DNA of 63,482 bases, filler included, from Hyphochytrium catenoides (taxonomy: Eukaryota; Protista; Hyphochytriomycota): the NCBI GenBank assembly GCA_900088475.1. It is 7 parts of 7 records of this genome, joined end to end, with 100 filler letters (N's around TTAATTAATTAA, not from the genome) between each part and the next. Parts side by side here need not be neighbours in the genome. Positions count along the whole stretch, not along the records: positions 44,906 to 62,164 come from FLMG01000249.1; positions 62,265 to 63,482 come from FLMG01002107.1; 5 more parts are not named here. One strand, given 5' to 3'. Position 1 is the first letter of the stretch. Every line of letters begins with the position of its first letter. Below, in pieces: positions 59,660-63,482 of the stretch. A program made the translations under genes and the position numbers. Under the pieces are notes generated by a model that was not told the DNA's origin, ran no database searches, and worked only from the letters and a program-made list of their open reading frames with translations.

Positions 59660-60700
59660 GTCAATGGATCCTTAGATATCTCAAGTGTACCAAAAAATAT
59701 GGCCTAACCTTCACAGGTGATAGCCCTGAAGCTCTTGGCGGTTACACAGATGCCGACTGGGCAGGAGACCTCGATGGACGGAAGTCTACCTCTGGATTCG
59801 TCTTCTTACTAGCGGGAAATGCAGGGATGTGGGCATCTAAAAGGCAGAAGTCTGTGGCTCTTTCCAGTACAGAAGCCGAATATGTTGGGGCCAATGAGGC
59901 TACAAGGGAACTCCTTTGGCTGAAGTAAGGTGCGAAAGCTCTCGGAGTTGGTAAGGACTCTCCTCTAGTCCTTCACGAGGAGCATCAAGAGCTATTTCTC
60001 TAGCTAAGGAGGAGAGCCACAAGAGGCGGACTAAGCATCGTGATGTGAGATATCACTTTGTGCGTGAGTGTGTTCAATCTGGATTGATTCAGCTTCTCTA
60101 CTGCCGCACGGAAGAGATAATAGCTGACACATTTTGCCGAAGGCATTGCCCCGGTCAATCATTCGCCGACATTGTGATGCATTCAAGCTGGGAGACCTCT
60201 GACGCGAAGAGGGGTTTGTAGCTTAGTGAGTACAGTCACGTACAGAGGTTATGGAGATGTCACTGGTCAGCTTGTAACGGATCAGGAGAGAGCTGTTGCC
60301 TACCTACCCTCAAGGCCCTTAGTCAAGTGAGGTCAGGGAACACTCTACCTGTCTATCCAGGGGTGACTACTCGACTCTGGCATAGGAAGCCTTAGGCTAG
60401 GGTCACCTCTGCGTCTCTTATGGACATATCCGAACTCCCTCAGTCTGAAGGGAGATTTGTCAACAGTCACTGTGCTGTGGTGACAAATCTGTTTGTAGAG
60501 TTAGACTTGATGAAAGCTTGTTTCTCTAACTAGACTCTCTTATTAGGAGAGGTCCGATAAATCCCAATGAACCGTACTTGAGAAACAGACACCTAGCGTG
60601 CAAATGAATCTCCACATCAGTGACTAGCAAGACCAAACTCTGTGCTACACAGCTCATGGTCGCAACTTTGTCCTCTCTCTAAAGTAACATATAAAACAGT
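59660..60700 (+). mobile_element. Degenerate Ty1/copia 3' end: RNase H, polypurine tract (~60204-60214) and putative 3' LTR (~60217-60698)
   Basis: ILRYLK..GYTDADWAGDLDGRKSTSGFVF..WASKRQKSVALSSTEAEY..RTKHRDVRYHFVRE..IAD, with an internal TAA and frameshifts. GAAGAGGGG followed by TG lies just after the stop. The LTR right end is uncertain. Confidence 0.9.
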
Positions 60701-60919
60701 GTAAATAAGTCGACCCGAATGGTTGAAGTTGGGGTAGAAGAGTTAGGAGCGTGAAGATGAGTGGGCATTTGCAAGGTTAGAAAAGAGTATGGGAGACTAG
60801 TTGCTAAAAAAAAAAAAGAGCATTTCAAGTTATGATAGATACTGAGGAAGGCAGTTGGTGCTAGAGAGAAAGAGAGATAAAATCAAGAAGAAAGAAGAAA
60901 GGGAGGGCACAGGGCAGCC

Positions 60920-62164
60920 GGTAGCAGCGGATAAAAATAAGAGCAGGGGGTTAGCTAGCGGGTAACAAAGGGTAGCGGGCTAGGGATAAGGCAGTGGGTT
61001 GGGATGGGGTACTAGATTAGTATAAGATAGCGGGCGGGCTAGGGATAGGCAGCGGGTAAGGGCAGCGGGTTAGGAAGCGGGTAAGGAAGGGTAGCGGTTA
61101 AGGCAGCGGATTGGGATGGGGCAGCGCGTTAGGGATAAGGCCGAGGGATGGGGCACCGGATTACTTTAAGATAGGGAGCGGGTTAGGGATAGGCAGCGGA
61201 TTAGGGATTAGGGCAGCGGGTTAGGAAGGGGGCAAGGAAGGGTAGCGGGTTCAAGATAAGGCAGCGGACTTGGGAAGGGGCAGTGGGCAGCGGGTAAGAA
61301 AGAGAAGAGTGTAAACTATATAAGGTAGCGGACTGGGGATGGGGCAGCGGGAGAGTATAAGATGCGGAGCGGGTTAGGGATAGGCAGGGGTTACGGTTGG
61401 GTAGGCAGAGGTAATGGCAGCGGGTTAGGGCAGCGCGTTAGGGCAGCGGGTTATGCAGTGGGTAAGAAAGGGTAGCGGGTTAGGGATAAGGCAGCGGATT
61501 TGGGAAGGGGCAGCGGATTAGTTTAAGATAGGGAGCGGGTTAGGGATAGGCAGCGGATTAGGGTAGGATAGGCAGCAGGTTAGGGCAGTGGGCTAGGCAG
61601 CGGTTAAGAAAGGGTAGCGTGTAATTGGATAAGGCAGCGGATTTCGGATAAGGCAGCGGATTTCGGATGGGGCAGCGGGGTGGTATAAGATAGGGAGCTG
61701 GTTAGGGATAGGCAGCTAGTTAGGGTTGGATAGGCAGCGTGTCGGGTTAGCGAACGCAGCCGCTGCTGGAGTAAAAAACAGCTTAACCGCTAATGACCGA
61801 GGGTTATAAAGGGTTGCGGGTTAGCGAAGGGCAACCGGTGCGGGATAAAAAAACCGGTTAACCGCTGCGAGAGAGGAAAGCAGTTTAATGGCAGAAAGAA
61901 AGCAGCGACAAGAAGAACGGCGGAGGGTTAGATTTAGGGGGGCAGGTTAAGGGCAGCAGCTTAGGGCAGCAGGTTAGGGGGCAGGGTAGGTCAGCAGGTT
62001 AGGTCAGCAGGTTAGGTCAGCAGGTTAGGGCAGCAGGTTAGGGCAGCAGGTTAGGGCAGCAGGTTAGGGCAGCGGGTTAGGGCAGCAGGTTAGGGCAGCG
62101 GGTTAGGGCAGCGGGTTAGGGCAGCGGGTTAGGGCAGCGGGTTAGGGTTAGGGTTAGGGCAGCG
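60920..62164 (+). repeat. G-rich subtelomere-like repeat: degenerate higher-order array, then tandem 13-mers TTAGG(G/T)CAGC(A/G)GG and (TTAGGG)3 at 62142-62159
   Basis: TTAGGG content and regularity increase toward the contig end, with the G-rich strand running 5'->3' toward the end. Confidence 0.85.
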
Positions 62165-63379
62165 NNNNNNNNNNNNNNNNNNNNNNNNNNNNNNNNNNNN
62201 NNNNNNNNTTAATTAATTAANNNNNNNNNNNNNNNNNNNNNNNNNNNNNNNNNNNNNNNNNNNNCCTGAAAGGGGCCGTAGAATTGCAAGTTCCATCATG
62301 AGAATTTCGGAGAATATAGGAGTTAGGAAGACCTTTTGAAGTATCTTTCGTATCTTCCAAGCCTATAGTAGAATATCTAGGATCTGCCAACAATTTCATA
62401 ACTACTAGCCCTTTATTTTATTATGATAAGTCCAAATAAGGAACTAAAGACCTACATGGTTCTAAATATCTATAAAGGTGTTGGGGAAGCAATAGAACTA
62501 CGACACAGCAGGGTTTTACAGCTGCTCTTGAAACTTGCATTTGGACATTGCACAATTGCTTGATTCGGAATACCTCTACTATTTGGTGGACATTTGTCCT
62601 TACCACACAGTAAAGGTCCATAATTAGAGGACTCTTAATTCTGAATTACGACGATCAAAGAAGAACTGTACCAGGTCAGAATCCTTTGCAAGGAGTGACA
62701 GAATGGTAAGCTAGCCAGCCTGGGACTATTATTATTGCGGCCATTGACATTCCTGTACTGGGAATTCAAGGACCACCCTTACTACTAGGGGTGGATGGGT
62801 TCTCTAGCCCTTGATGCACTTGGTGTCAGTCCTAGCATCCAATAACAATGCGCTGGATATGGGAACTTCCATTGCGTCTAAATCCTAGATCTATTTTCAC
62901 TAGCCAATTAGCTGTCAATAAACACATCCTGCAGCCAATCAGCGTCTAGAGCGGAGGAATGAAATGCTGGCACCGGCCCCACCCACCTGGCCAAGCAGTA
63001 ACGTTTCCTCCCTAGTAATAGTCAATAGCATCAAGCTCTATCCTCACCCAATCCGTCACGTAGTAAGAAGAATCAAAGACGAAGGAATACTGTGTTATTG
63101 ATCAGTCTGCGTTTGACGGGTAATTCTTTATACGAAAGGCTTATTTGGGTTTGCGGTATCTATGTGTTTGTAATCGTCCAGTAGTTGACGAGTTCCACAT
63201 ATTTCCGTTTCGCTTCTTTCTCCAAACGCCACCAATGAAGCATCAATGAGACGGAGCCAGAGAGCCAGAGTGTGGTAGAGATATGTGAGGGACTAAAGGC
63301 TGGGTGCTTAGGAGAGAGACAGAGAGAAGAAGAGAGGAAGAACTGGGTGAGGAAGAGTAAAACAATGCGAAGGCGCAAC

Positions 63380-63482
63380 AAGAGGGAGAGACAGAGAGAG
63401 ACAGAGAGAGAATAAGAGAGCCACCGACTGATAGATAGAGAGAAGCGAGAGAGAGATTGAGAGAGAGATTGAGAGAGAGAGA
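63380..63482 (+). repeat. (GA)n-rich microsatellite
   Basis: GA-rich run at the window end. Confidence 0.9.

Noticed and set aside
28241-60200. RIP-like CpA->TpA hypermutation of repeats
   Set aside because: The copia relics retain many CAA/CAG/TGG codons and are broken mainly by indels, and the similar opdB paralogues are intact.
25961-62264. Six copies of TTAATTAATTAA as a biological repeat or CRISPR-like array
   Set aside because: Each is centred in exactly 44+44 Ns, so it is an assembly linker with six-frame stops.
62265-63380. Possible coding or TE relic after the last spacer
   Set aside because: The frames I read are interrupted by stops and show no recognisable motif.
1-63482. tRNA, rRNA, CRISPR or prokaryotic defence/operon systems
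   Set aside because: None seen. The genes are spliced eukaryotic genes, and the only tRNA-related sequence is the retrotransposon PBS.

Overview
Eukaryotic (protist-like) genomic DNA: spliceosomal introns, standard genetic code and very dense (GA/TC)n microsatellites. Six identical 100-nt spacers (44 N + TTAATTAATTAA + 44 N) join separate contigs, so order across them is unproven. Genes I could reconstruct by hand: a 3-exon protein with a putative beta-trefoil domain plus four Zn-binding modules; a PRMT9-like arginine methyltransferase; a fused pseudouridine-5'-phosphate glycosidase/pseudouridine kinase; two hypothetical proteins; an intronless ~880-900 aa membrane protein built from two internal repeats; a partial multi-IQ-motif protein; and two intact, inverted paralogues of oligopeptidase B (S9A), both with a signal-peptide-like N-terminus. 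Mobile DNA: two decayed Ty1/copia RT-RNaseH relics and the 5' end (LTR, PBS, gag) of a probable Ty3/gypsy element. The last long segment ends in a G-rich array grading into TTAGGG-containing 13-mers, probably a subtelomere. The best candidate for new biology is the duplicated, apparently secreted and glycosylatable oligopeptidase B pair, one copy of which lies about 11 kb from the putative telomere. No database searches were run; family assignments come from motif recognition.
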